Virus record (IMG/VR): IMGVR_UViG_3300009873_000018
Coordinates: 2,034-66,033 of that record
Origin: a virus
Taxonomy: Duplodnaviria > Caudoviricetes
DNA: 64,000 bases
Strand: one strand, 5' to 3'
Within the stretch, counting starts at the first letter, position 1; each line of letters opens with the position of its first letter. Shown here in pieces: positions 17,864-26,485 of this stretch. The position numbers were made by a program, and so were the translations under genes. The notes under the pieces were generated by a model. It did no database searches, was not told where the DNA came from, and saw only the letters and a list, made by a program, of their open reading frames with translations.

Positions 17864-18268
17864 TCATCGATGCGCGTCGAGGATGTGCTGCAGCAGCTTC
17901 ACGTCGGTACACCAAAACCCGCCGGGGACCTCGAGTTCCCGGCGGGTCTTTTTTTGCACCGGAGCGATGTCGTCGAGCAAGAACACCTCGTACTCGACCC
18001 CGAGGAGGACGAACGCGTTGCCGCCGTGCTCGCGGACGTCGCGCAGGTGCGCGTGCTGCTCCGGCGTGACGTCGATCGCCACGGGCGTCGACTCCCGCGC
18101 CGGCCAGCGCGGGACGTACTTCATCTCCACCCACGCGGCCCAGCCTTCCTTCATCAGGAACGCGTCGGGCAGCCCCTTCCGGATCTCCGCCGGGACCTTC
18201 CATGCGAGCCACCCGGCGGCGACGAGCGACCGCCGGACCGCCCCCCAGAACGCCGCCTCGTTCTTCAC
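17864..18268 (-). CDS. VRR-NUC/Holliday junction resolvase-like PD-(D/E)xK nuclease
   Basis: NEAAFW...GLPD...WVEMK...TPEQ. Confidence 0.8.
   Translation of the reverse strand: MKNEAAFWGAVRRSLVAAGWLAWKVPAEIRKGLPDAFLMKEGWAAWVEMKYVPRWPARESTPVAIDVTPEQHAHLRDVREHGGNAFVLLGVEYEVFLLDDIAPVQKKTRRELEVPGGFWCTDVKLLQHILDAHR
17917..17955 (+). terminator. intrinsic terminator of the early operon
   Basis: 10-bp stem ACCCGCCGGG/CCCGGCGGGT followed by C and a T7 run. Confidence 0.85.
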
Positions 18269-18285
18269 CCATACCCCCTGCAAGA

Positions 18286-18361
18286 CAACGACTTATGAGT
18301 CCCTCTAGCACCCCCGGGAGCCCCCTCTCACCTAAGTCATTTAGGGTCAACGACTTATGAG
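18286..18361. promoter_or_regulatory. IHF-like binding sites, right cluster
   Basis: CAACGACTTATGAG at 18286-18299 and 18348-18361; CCTAA-5-TTAGG at 18331-18345. Confidence 0.5.
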
Positions 18362-18552
18362 AGACCCCTGCCCGGACCCTGCCCCCGGGCCTCAGCCCCG
18401 TCTTGGAGGCGCCAAGGGGGCCGCTTCACCGGCCGCGCGGGTTTCCCTCTGGGCCATCGCCTCGACGGTGTCGACCCGCCGCGTCCCGGCCTCGAAGACG
18501 TGCCGGGGAGACGGCGGGGTCCGCCGGCCGTAGGCCGTCCCCCAGATGTTCG

Positions 18553-18798
18553 TCAGGTCGAAGTCCGAGTGCCTGCATCCCGCAGTTGAGCCGCCCATGC
18601 TTTTTGTTCCTCCCGGTGTGAGACGACCGCCCTCGCCAGGTACCGCCACAGCTTTTCCCAGACGTCGTGCCCGGACGCGTCCTTCAACCGCACGAGCCGC
18701 CAGACCTTCCCGTCGATCCGGAACACGGCCCAACGGCCGCGGACCTCGGCCGTAGCGACCTCGCGGCCGTCTTCGGAGACGACGAGCCTGGTGCTCAT
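18553..18798 (-). CDS. hypothetical protein
   Basis: MSTRLVVSEDG...; ATGA overlap with GT9 gene. Confidence 0.55.
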   Translation of the reverse strand: MSTRLVVSEDGREVATAEVRGRWAVFRIDGKVWRLVRLKDASGHDVWEKLWRYLARAVVSHREEQKAWAAQLRDAGTRTST

Positions 18799-20327
18799 CC
18801 CCCGTATCGGTCGAGCAGCAGCGACCGCGCCCGGTCGAGCGGGGTCGCCCAGTCGGCGCAGTGATCCTGACGGACGAGCTGCATCCGCGAGTACCACGGC
18901 GTGCGGTCGCCCTCGAGCCCCCAGCGCCAGTCGGGGGCCGCCGGGATCAGGGTAACGATGTCGGGGCCGTCGACCGCGGCGCCGGCCGCGTGGATCGTCG
19001 CCGTGTCGACGCAGAGCATCAGGTCCATCTGCGTCGCGGCGTGAAGCGTGTGGCCGAACGTCTTGATGGCCGGCGTCAGGTCGACGAGGTTCGGCGGCGT
19101 CCCGTCGTCGACGTCGCGCGCCCGGTCGCCGACCTGAAACGAGTAGAAGACGATGTTCTTGCCGGCCACGTCCGGGTGCGCGAGGACCGCGTCGCGGAAC
19201 TGCGGCCAGAGGATCGACCTGTAGCGGTCGTTCTTGTGTGCCTTCGAGCCGGCCCACGAGATGCCGACCCGGAGCGCGTTCGGCCCGAGGCCGTTCGGGT
19301 CGGGCGGCAGCGCGACGAGCTGGTCGGCGACCGGCCGAAGCCATCCCGCTCCGCCGTACGGGATGCGCGTGTGCTCGAGCTTCACGAAGCCGGTCTGACG
19401 CAGGATGCTCATCATCGGCAGGTAGTAGTCAATCTTCCCGCCGCATTCTTCCGGGATCGGGGTGTTGCTCGCGATCACGTAGTCGACGCCCCTGACCTGG
19501 GCGAGCAGGTCGACGAGCGTGTCGCCGACCTCGAGGACGATCATCCCCGCCTGGCTGCGCTCGTGCACCCGCTCGAGGAACCGGCTGAACATGATCACGT
19601 CGCCCGCGCCCTGCTCGGTGTGGACGTAGAGCGTCCTGCCGGGGATCGGCTTGCCGTTCCAGTGCTTCGCCTTCCCGAAGTTCCGTCGGTTCTCGGCGAG
19701 GAACGCGCCGGTCTTCCAGCGGAAGTCGTAGTCGGCGAGCCCGCCGATGTAGTCGCCGAGCGTCAGCTTCGCGAACCCCCGCGAGTATCGCGAGTCGAGG
19801 CTCGGCGTCTCGGTCTTGCACGCGTTGATGAGCCACCGGCGCCCACGCACGCGGTCGCCTTCGTTCAGGTACGCGCCGCCGAGCGAGACCTTCGCCTCGA
19901 TCAGGGAGTCGAGCATCGCCGCCGCGTAGAGAAACCGCTCCTTCGCTTCGGTCTCTTTCCCCATCCGGTGGAGCAGGATGCCGAGGTTGTAGTGTGCCTC
20001 GGGCACGTTCGGCATCGCCTCGATCGCTTTCTCCATGATCGCGAGGACCTTCGCCTCCTCGCCGTTCTGCTGCGACAGCGCGATCCCGGCGAAGTAGAGG
20101 CACTTCTTGTTGTCCGGGTCGTGCAGCAGGACTTCGCGGTAGATCTCCATGGCGTCCTTCGTCAGGCCGCGCTGGTGCAGGTCGATCCCCTGCTTGAGCA
20201 TCGACTCGAGCTCGGCCGGAGGATACTTTCGGACGGTCGGGAACGCGATCTTTCCGACGAACTGCGACGCGTCGAGCTCCTCGAGCTCGAAGTGCCCCTG
20301 GACGAGGCGCGGGTTGAGTTCGCTCAT
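18795..20327 (-). CDS. TPR-repeat glycosyltransferase family 9 (heptosyltransferase-like) protein
   Basis: N-terminal TPRs; W.GKPIPGRTLYVHTEQGAGD..MFSRF; VGISWAG; DLMLCVDTATIHAAGA; WRWG...TPWY. Confidence 0.88.
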   Translation of the reverse strand: MSELNPRLVQGHFELEELDASQFVGKIAFPTVRKYPPAELESMLKQGIDLHQRGLTKDAMEIYREVLLHDPDNKKCLYFAGIALSQQNGEEAKVLAIMEKAIEAMPNVPEAHYNLGILLHRMGKETEAKERFLYAAAMLDSLIEAKVSLGGAYLNEGDRVRGRRWLINACKTETPSLDSRYSRGFAKLTLGDYIGGLADYDFRWKTGAFLAENRRNFGKAKHWNGKPIPGRTLYVHTEQGAGDVIMFSRFLERVHERSQAGMIVLEVGDTLVDLLAQVRGVDYVIASNTPIPEECGGKIDYYLPMMSILRQTGFVKLEHTRIPYGGAGWLRPVADQLVALPPDPNGLGPNALRVGISWAGSKAHKNDRYRSILWPQFRDAVLAHPDVAGKNIVFYSFQVGDRARDVDDGTPPNLVDLTPAIKTFGHTLHAATQMDLMLCVDTATIHAAGAAVDGPDIVTLIPAAPDWRWGLEGDRTPWYSRMQLVRQDHCADWATPLDRARSLLLDRYGG

Positions 20328-20797
20328 AGAGGATGCCCGTCGAACGGTTCGACCTCGGAGACCTCGATGTTCATAGCCCGTGCGTACTCGCGGACTCGGA
20401 CGAAGGCAGCACCCCAGCGGGCGAGTTGGTCATGCGTTGCCCGCGGCGCGACGAACCGCGTGAGGCCGGCCTGCGACATCTGCACGAAGCAACGGTCGCA
20501 GCTCAGGAACGGCCACGTGTAGAGCGTGTAGCCTACGACGGGCTCTCGGGCCGTGATGAGCGCGTTGATCTCGCAGTGGATGATCCGCGAGTACTTCTCC
20601 TCGCGGTCGGCATAGTGCTCGTCCGTGTCGGGCATCTTGCGTGGGAACCCGTTGTATCCTACCGAGACGACGGTGCGGTCGGGACGGACGATCACCGCCC
20701 CGGTCTTCGTGCTCGGGTCTTTCGACCACGACGCGACGAGCCCCGCGAGCTGGAGAAACCGACGGTCCCATCGGTAACGTCGTTCATCTTCGATCAT
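20324..20797 (-). CDS. dCMP deaminase
   Basis: WSKDPSTKTGAVI, GYNGFP, HCEINA, SCDRC. Confidence 0.92.
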   Translation of the reverse strand: MIEDERRYRWDRRFLQLAGLVASWSKDPSTKTGAVIVRPDRTVVSVGYNGFPRKMPDTDEHYADREEKYSRIIHCEINALITAREPVVGYTLYTWPFLSCDRCFVQMSQAGLTRFVAPRATHDQLARWGAAFVRVREYARAMNIEVSEVEPFDGHPL

Positions 20798-22677
20798 TCG
20801 GTCGCTCCCCAGTTAGGGCCGAACTTCGCCTCGGCGATCACGGGTACTCGCATCACGGTGCCGTCCCACGCCGGACGCTTGCCTGCATCCTGCATGATCT
20901 CGACGATCTCCCGCATCGCCCGGTCGCCGGCTTCGCCGTGCGGGACCGAGAAGTCGAGCTCGTCGTGCACGGTCAGGTGCAGCTGCACGTCCTCGGAGTC
21001 CACGTACCCTGCCCGGTCGATGTCGACCATCGCGATCTTGATCAGGTCCGCGGCGCTCCCCTGCAGCAGCCGGTTGAGCGCCGTGTACGACTTGTAATAT
21101 CGGTCCGGGTGCCGCGGCTGAACACCGTAACGTAACGCGGCGACGCCTTCCGTGATCAGCCTGTTGCGTCGACCGCCCCACGTGATCACCTTGCCTTTTC
21201 GTTCGGCCTGCGACGTGACGGCCCGCATGAGCTGTTCGGCTTCCGGGATGTGCCGGTCGTAGGCGGCGACGAACTCGGCGGCCTCGGCGACCGTGCACCC
21301 TGCGGTCTCGGCGATCTTCCCGATCCCGCCGCCGTAGAGCCGGCAGAAGTTCACGTTCTTCGCTTTCCGGCGCTCGATGCCCGCGGTCTCGGCGACCCAC
21401 TGGTGAAAGTCGATGCGCGGGTCGGCGACGTAAGCCTGCTCCATCGCGCTCGTCGTGCCGCGGTGCCGCGCGAGCACGCCGGCATAGTGCGCGAAGTACC
21501 GGTACTCGATCTGCGAGTAGTCGACCTTCAGCCAGCGCTGGTCGTCCCGCATCGGGCGGAAGAGCCCGCGGATCAGGGGCGCCCATACCTTATCGCGCGC
21601 CGGGACGTTCTGGAGGTTCAGCGGTCCCGAGCTCGAGAACCGTCCGCTGCGCTTCGCGCCGAACGCGTTGAACTCGCCGTGGATGACGTCGCCGTCCCCG
21701 CAGTTATCCAGCACGTAGCCCCGCACGAACGTGTCGCGATAGTGCTCGAGCTGCCGCATCTGCCTGACGCGGTCGCCGATCGGGTGGTCGAGGTTCTCGA
21801 GCCATTCCTTCGTGATCGACGGTTTCTTCGTCTTCTCGGTCAGCGGATACACGATCCCGGCCGCGTCGAGTATCGGCTTGAGGTCGTCCGCGCTCCGGTA
21901 GTTCGCGTCGCCGTAGTCCGCGCGCCACTTACCGACGAGCACCTCGAGCTGCCGCGTGAGGTCGTCGACGACCGCCTCGGCGCGGGCGATGTCGGCCCGC
22001 ACGCCGGTCAGGTGCATCTTCAGGAGGACGGGGAGCAGGGCCGTCTCGAGGTCGTAGACGTAGTCGAAGCTCCCGTCGGCGTCGCCTTTCCGGACGAGCG
22101 GACGGAGCGCGTCGTAGGCGCCGATCGTCAGGACGGCGTCGTGCGCGGCGTACTCGCGCATCTCGGACACGGGCACGCGCCAGTAGTGCGGCGCGAGCGC
22201 CCGGCGCGTCGGCTTCAGACGGCGGCACTCGGGGATGTTCGCGACCATCCACGCATGGAGCGCATCGTCTGCTTTGACGCCGAGGCCGAGCCCCTGCGCG
22301 ACGTCGTTGAGCGTGAAGCTCGTGCGGTTCTCGTCGAGGAGCGTCGCGGCGATCATCGTGTCGGCGACGTTGTCGACCGCGATGCCCACGTAGGCGAGCA
22401 TCCGCATGTCGAACGGGGCGTTGTGCGCGACGCGGAGCTGCGTGCCGCCCCGGAGCTGCCCCCGCGCCCAGGCTTGGACGTCGGCGAGCGCGACGTTGTT
22501 CATCGCGGCCGGACCGCGGATGCCTTTCGGGTCGCCGGCCCCCCACGAGAAGTACCATGACTGCCCGTCCGGAGCCGCAAGGCTTAAGCCGACCGGACGA
22601 TCGTTCCATGTCAGGCCGGTCGTCTCCGTGTCGAAGGCGATCCGGTCGTAGCGACGGAGGTCAGGAAGCTCGGGCAA
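20794..22677 (-). CDS. polA: DNA polymerase family A with 3'-5' exonuclease
   Basis: FDTETTGL, HNAPFD, YAAHDA; DYSQIEYR, KNVNF..LYG, TVHDEL. Confidence 0.96.
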   Translation of the reverse strand: MPELPDLRRYDRIAFDTETTGLTWNDRPVGLSLAAPDGQSWYFSWGAGDPKGIRGPAAMNNVALADVQAWARGQLRGGTQLRVAHNAPFDMRMLAYVGIAVDNVADTMIAATLLDENRTSFTLNDVAQGLGLGVKADDALHAWMVANIPECRRLKPTRRALAPHYWRVPVSEMREYAAHDAVLTIGAYDALRPLVRKGDADGSFDYVYDLETALLPVLLKMHLTGVRADIARAEAVVDDLTRQLEVLVGKWRADYGDANYRSADDLKPILDAAGIVYPLTEKTKKPSITKEWLENLDHPIGDRVRQMRQLEHYRDTFVRGYVLDNCGDGDVIHGEFNAFGAKRSGRFSSSGPLNLQNVPARDKVWAPLIRGLFRPMRDDQRWLKVDYSQIEYRYFAHYAGVLARHRGTTSAMEQAYVADPRIDFHQWVAETAGIERRKAKNVNFCRLYGGGIGKIAETAGCTVAEAAEFVAAYDRHIPEAEQLMRAVTSQAERKGKVITWGGRRNRLITEGVAALRYGVQPRHPDRYYKSYTALNRLLQGSAADLIKIAMVDIDRAGYVDSEDVQLHLTVHDELDFSVPHGEAGDRAMREIVEIMQDAGKRPAWDGTVMRVPVIAEAKFGPNWGATE

Positions 22678-22936
22678 ACGAGTGTTCTCTCAGGCGCGGT
22701 CGAAGCCGACGGAACGCCCCCGGATAGATCGACCGGGCCCAGTCCCAATTGAAGTCTTTCTTGACATCGTCGAGACGCGAGTAAGTGCGCGATCGCCGGA
22801 ACGCTTCGAGGATCGGCACCACGCTCGTGTTCGGCATCACGACGTAGCGGCGTTCTCCGCTCCCGAGCCTGATGCGGTAGAGCACGCAGCCCTCGTCGCG
22901 GATGACCTGTTCTAGCGAACGCGCGTCTCTCTTCAC
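22661..22936 (-). CDS. hypothetical protein
   Basis: 91-aa ORF between TS-like gene and polA. Confidence 0.5.
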   Translation of the reverse strand: MKRDARSLEQVIRDEGCVLYRIRLGSGERRYVVMPNTSVVPILEAFRRSRTYSRLDDVKKDFNWDWARSIYPGAFRRLRPRLREHSFARAS

Positions 22937-23808
22937 GGAACGAGCTTCTTGAAGAACGGCATGAGCTGGTAGTCCTTGTTGAACCTGTGCGCGATCAGCG
23001 CGGCGTATTCATCGTTCGCCGGGATCGCGGCGATGCCGCCCAGCGCGCACGTGGACGTGAACTTACTCAGGATCGCCGCCTGCTGCAGGCTGACCGCTGG
23101 AGATTCTTCGGGCTGCGGGACAGCGCCGTCGCGATATGCGTCGACGAGCGCCCGAGCGACGGCACGGTCGCGCTCGTAGAGGTGCAGGCTCCCGACATGG
23201 TGCACGTAGAAGCCGGGTATGACGCCGAGCTCGCAAGCGAGAGTACGTTGAATCTGAGTGAAGTTGAAGATGTCGTACGGCAGGCCGAGCCACGCGTCGT
23301 TGCTGCGCATGTTCACGTGCAGGTCGAGCTCACCGTCGCGGACGAACGCCTGCAGCGTGAGCGTGCACGGGACGTCCTTCGTCGGCACGGTGAGAGACTC
23401 AGGGCGCCACGGCGACAGCACCCCCTGCCGGGTGTCGGGGTCTCGCCGGAGAAGGTTGATGACCGAGTAGATGTCGCGCACGACCCGCGGGCCGTACGCG
23501 CCGAAGAACGTGGCCCCGTCGTCGCTGAAGTCCGCGATCCGCTTGTTGTACGGCGCGATCGACGCGACGTCGTCTCGGCCGCCGATCACCCAGAGCCACT
23601 CGGCGACCATGAAGTAGTAGTTGAGCTTCCGTTCCGGCAGGGTGACGACGTTTCTCGTCGGGTCCTCGAGCACGAGCGTGCGGGCGAGCATCTCGCGGCA
23701 GGGCTGCCCGCGCGGCGCGACTTCGCAGTAGTCGGCGTCGTCGTTGGTGAGCTCTTCGAGGACGTCGATGTACAGCGCGTTGGCGTCATCGTGCCGTGTC
23801 GTATACAT
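22933..23808 (-). CDS. thymidylate synthase-like enzyme, predicted dCMP hydroxymethylase/methylase type
   Basis: DVPCT catalytic Cys; MRSNDAWLGLPYD with Asp at the E. coli TS Asn177 position; SLHLY. Confidence 0.8.
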   Translation of the reverse strand: MYTTRHDDANALYIDVLEELTNDDADYCEVAPRGQPCREMLARTLVLEDPTRNVVTLPERKLNYYFMVAEWLWVIGGRDDVASIAPYNKRIADFSDDGATFFGAYGPRVVRDIYSVINLLRRDPDTRQGVLSPWRPESLTVPTKDVPCTLTLQAFVRDGELDLHVNMRSNDAWLGLPYDIFNFTQIQRTLACELGVIPGFYVHHVGSLHLYERDRAVARALVDAYRDGAVPQPEESPAVSLQQAAILSKFTSTCALGGIAAIPANDEYAALIAHRFNKDYQLMPFFKKLVP

Positions 23809-24319
23809 AGTCCATCACCCTTGCGATCCTGCTGTGGAGGTCTCCGTAGCTCATCGTGACGTAGTCGAACCAGACGACCGGCGTCCGGAGCCGATAGATC
23901 GACGCATACGACGAGTAGAAATCATACATCTCGTGAAACTGCTTGGCCTCGACGAGTAGTTCTTTCCCTTCGTCGACGCGCTTCTGCCAGGCGGCTTGGC
24001 ACACGTCCCGGGACGGTATGCACAGGACGATGACGCCCTGTTGCTCGAACATGTAGTCGTCGAAGAGCCGGTGCACCTCGCCCCTGAAGACGTCGGGACG
24101 CCCCATGAACTTGTGGTAGATCTGCTCGCTCGGCCACGAGCGGTCGACCGCCGTGTCGTCCGGCTGCCCGCGCCGGAGTCCCTCGAATTGCCAGACGACG
24201 CGCTCGAGCTGCGTCGCGCCTTCCGGCGGTCCGTTGTGCACGTACGTGAAGTGCGGAAACGCTCTCTTCGCGGTCTGCGTCTTCCCCCCGCCGTCTGGTC
24301 CCTCGAGAAGGATGATCAC
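23786..24319 (-). CDS. deoxynucleoside monophosphate kinase (thymidylate kinase-like)
   Basis: ILLEGPDGGGKT P-loop; DRSWPSEQIY. Confidence 0.8.
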   Translation of the reverse strand: MIILLEGPDGGGKTQTAKRAFPHFTYVHNGPPEGATQLERVVWQFEGLRRGQPDDTAVDRSWPSEQIYHKFMGRPDVFRGEVHRLFDDYMFEQQGVIVLCIPSRDVCQAAWQKRVDEGKELLVEAKQFHEMYDFYSSYASIYRLRTPVVWFDYVTMSYGDLHSRIARVMDYVYDTAR

Positions 24320-24849
24320 GGGTTCCGCACCTCGCCGGTGCCGCTCGCCCCGATCATGACACGGCCTCGCTGTACCTTGGAATCGATGATCCCGGCGACG
24401 TTCGGTGGCCGCCAGCCTTCGGGCTTCTTCACGTCGAGCTTGTTCAGGCGCCTGCTATCCTCGCGCGACGCGACGAGCTCCTTCTCCATGTTCGCGCGGT
24501 GAACTTCCTCGAAGATCTCGTCGTGCGGGAGGCCCATCGACGCGCTCGTGCCGTGCAGGAAGTACTCGAGGTCGACGAGGCTGTCGGCGGCCCCCGTCAG
24601 GTCGCCGTGCGCGTGCGCGTGCACGAACTCGGCGAGTTCTTCGACCATCATCTGCACCCGGCCCCAGAACACGTCGTCGTTTCCCCGACGCACCTGGATG
24701 TACATCTGGACGAGGTCCAGCAGCTCGGTGACTGCGTTCGGCTCGCCGGGACCGATGTCGGCGACCAGCAGGGCGGGCTCGCGCGACTGCGGGATGCGGA
24801 ACTTGTCTTGGAACTCGCGGACGAGCTCGTGGTTGCTGCGCAGGCTCAT
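24316..24849 (-). CDS. MazG-like (PRA-PH/DR2231-type) nucleotide pyrophosphohydrolase
   Basis: VREFQ..F, MVEELAEF, ADSLVDLEY, FEEVHRANMEK, KPEGWRPP. Confidence 0.88.
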   Translation of the reverse strand: MSLRSNHELVREFQDKFRIPQSREPALLVADIGPGEPNAVTELLDLVQMYIQVRRGNDDVFWGRVQMMVEELAEFVHAHAHGDLTGAADSLVDLEYFLHGTSASMGLPHDEIFEEVHRANMEKELVASREDSRRLNKLDVKKPEGWRPPNVAGIIDSKVQRGRVMIGASGTGEVRNP

Positions 24850-25256
24850 CTGAACGTCTCCTTCATGAAATCGTTGATCACCAGGCGGTTGGCAGGACTG
24901 TTGTACCACCGCGTCCTGCCGCTCGGGTGCGGGACGACGACGTACCGACCGGTCCACGCAAGGAACGGGACGGTGCTGCTAAGGCCGAACGCACGTGCTA
25001 CCTCTCGTCCTAGGAGGATGAATCGTGCGTCGGGATACTCCGCGACGAGCTTCGTTGCTTGAGCTCGGGCGATGATGCGGTTTTCGGGCGTCCACGGCCG
25101 GGGCGTCGGGACCGCGAAGACGTTGCGGAACGCGACCGGCGTGCGCCCAACGCAGTGCGTGACCCACTCGGTCACGCGGCGCCCGGTGCAGGACGTCGGA
25201 CCCATCGGGGGGTTGTTGTCCGTCCGGCTCGGCGCTTCTCCGACGAAGACGATCAT
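24846..25256 (-). CDS. uracil-DNA glycosylase superfamily protein (minimal)
   Basis: IVFVGEAP, ILLGREVA, PHPSGR..WYN. Confidence 0.75.
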   Translation of the reverse strand: MIVFVGEAPSRTDNNPPMGPTSCTGRRVTEWVTHCVGRTPVAFRNVFAVPTPRPWTPENRIIARAQATKLVAEYPDARFILLGREVARAFGLSSTVPFLAWTGRYVVVPHPSGRTRWYNSPANRLVINDFMKETFR

Positions 25257-26485
25257 GCCCCGAGCCCCCGCAGCAGGTCGCGCGCGACGCGCTCGGGCGC
25301 GTGAAAGTTCTGGACCTCCTCGTATTGTCCGTCGGCGATCTCCTGCAGCCGATATGCCGAGAGCTCGACGAGCCCGCGCACCGTCTCGACGACCGACTTC
25401 AGCTCGTCGGGGTCGACGCTCGAGCGGACGCCGCCGTCCTTCCTGGTGTCGACCGTCCCGTCCGTGTAGGCAAACGTCGACACGCGCGTATAGCCGCCTG
25501 CCTGCGCGATCTGGTGTTCCGGCATCGCGACGACGCGTCCCGCGTGCACCGCGTCGAGCGCGGCGTACTCCATCGTGCCGCCGAGCGACGTGTTCGTCAT
25601 GAACACCCCGACGGCGGGTGTCCAGTCGACGTCGGCGATCTCGTCGGGGCTCCCGTGGTACCACACCGACCGGCCGCCGGGCGTGCGCATCTTCGTCTCG
25701 CCGGTGTAGAACTTCTTCGCGTTCGGGTGAGTGAGGTCCGGCTTGCTCACGCGCGGGTGGATCTCTTCAGAATACCCGAGCGCGAGCCCGAGCTCGTAGA
25801 GCTTCCACACCGCGGACGGGAGCCCGAACCCGTTGTAGCCCCAGACGTGGAGGTCGGCGCCGACCGCGTCGGCCGACGACCAGAGCACGGCCTGTCCCTT
25901 GTTTGACGTCACGCGACCGAGCGTGAGCACGGCCGGCCGGTCCTGGCGCGGGATCGGCGTGCGCTCGACGAGCGGGTGGTAGGGCAAGTATGGGTCGATG
26001 AGCCAGTCGATCTTTCGCGGGCTCAGCGGGTCGATGCGGGGCGGCGTCGTCCGCCAGCGCGTGACCTGCAGCTTGCCGGTCCACGACCGAGACGCGAGCG
26101 ACGCGCGGATCACGTCGTCCTCGTCGGACGGGTAGATGTGGTCGTGCACGAGCGTCGTCCACGGCGTGCGCATCCGCCGCACGACGTCGACGTAGTACGG
26201 GAGCCCGTCGACGAGCCCGCTCTTGTGCAGCCCCGGCTGCCGGCAGACGATGTCCGCGAAGATCACGAGGTCGTACTCATCGAGGACGGCGACGGCGTCC
26301 CGCACGCGGTCGACCATCCAGGGGTGCGGCTTCCGGGGGTGCCACGCGTTGATCCACCGGCCGGACCGCGAGAACGTCCGGAGGTCGGCCGCGTGGCCGA
26401 GCGCCTCGAGCCCCGGCCGCAGGTGCTCGAGCCATGTCGTCGGGCCGCAGATGCGCGGGGCCCACTCGACGAGCGCGATCTTCAT
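25253..26485 (-). CDS. GT-B fold glycosyltransferase, candidate DNA glycosyltransferase
   Basis: Real start MKIALVEW at 26485; LTLGRVTSNKG and GTMEYAALDAVHAG resemble GT-B donor-binding motifs. Confidence 0.65.
   Translation of the reverse strand: MKIALVEWAPRICGPTTWLEHLRPGLEALGHAADLRTFSRSGRWINAWHPRKPHPWMVDRVRDAVAVLDEYDLVIFADIVCRQPGLHKSGLVDGLPYYVDVVRRMRTPWTTLVHDHIYPSDEDDVIRASLASRSWTGKLQVTRWRTTPPRIDPLSPRKIDWLIDPYLPYHPLVERTPIPRQDRPAVLTLGRVTSNKGQAVLWSSADAVGADLHVWGYNGFGLPSAVWKLYELGLALGYSEEIHPRVSKPDLTHPNAKKFYTGETKMRTPGGRSVWYHGSPDEIADVDWTPAVGVFMTNTSLGGTMEYAALDAVHAGRVVAMPEHQIAQAGGYTRVSTFAYTDGTVDTRKDGGVRSSVDPDELKSVVETVRGLVELSAYRLQEIADGQYEEVQNFHAPERVARDLLRGLGA

Noticed and set aside
18392-18560. Possible extra small gene or frameshift downstream of 18553-18798
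   Set aside because: No clear start or RBS, and no recognisable motif
22933-23808. dUMP hydroxymethylase with hypermodified thymidine pathway
   Set aside because: The specificity residue is Asp, not Asn, and no 5-hmdU DNA kinase or aGPT-pyrophosphorylase genes were recognised
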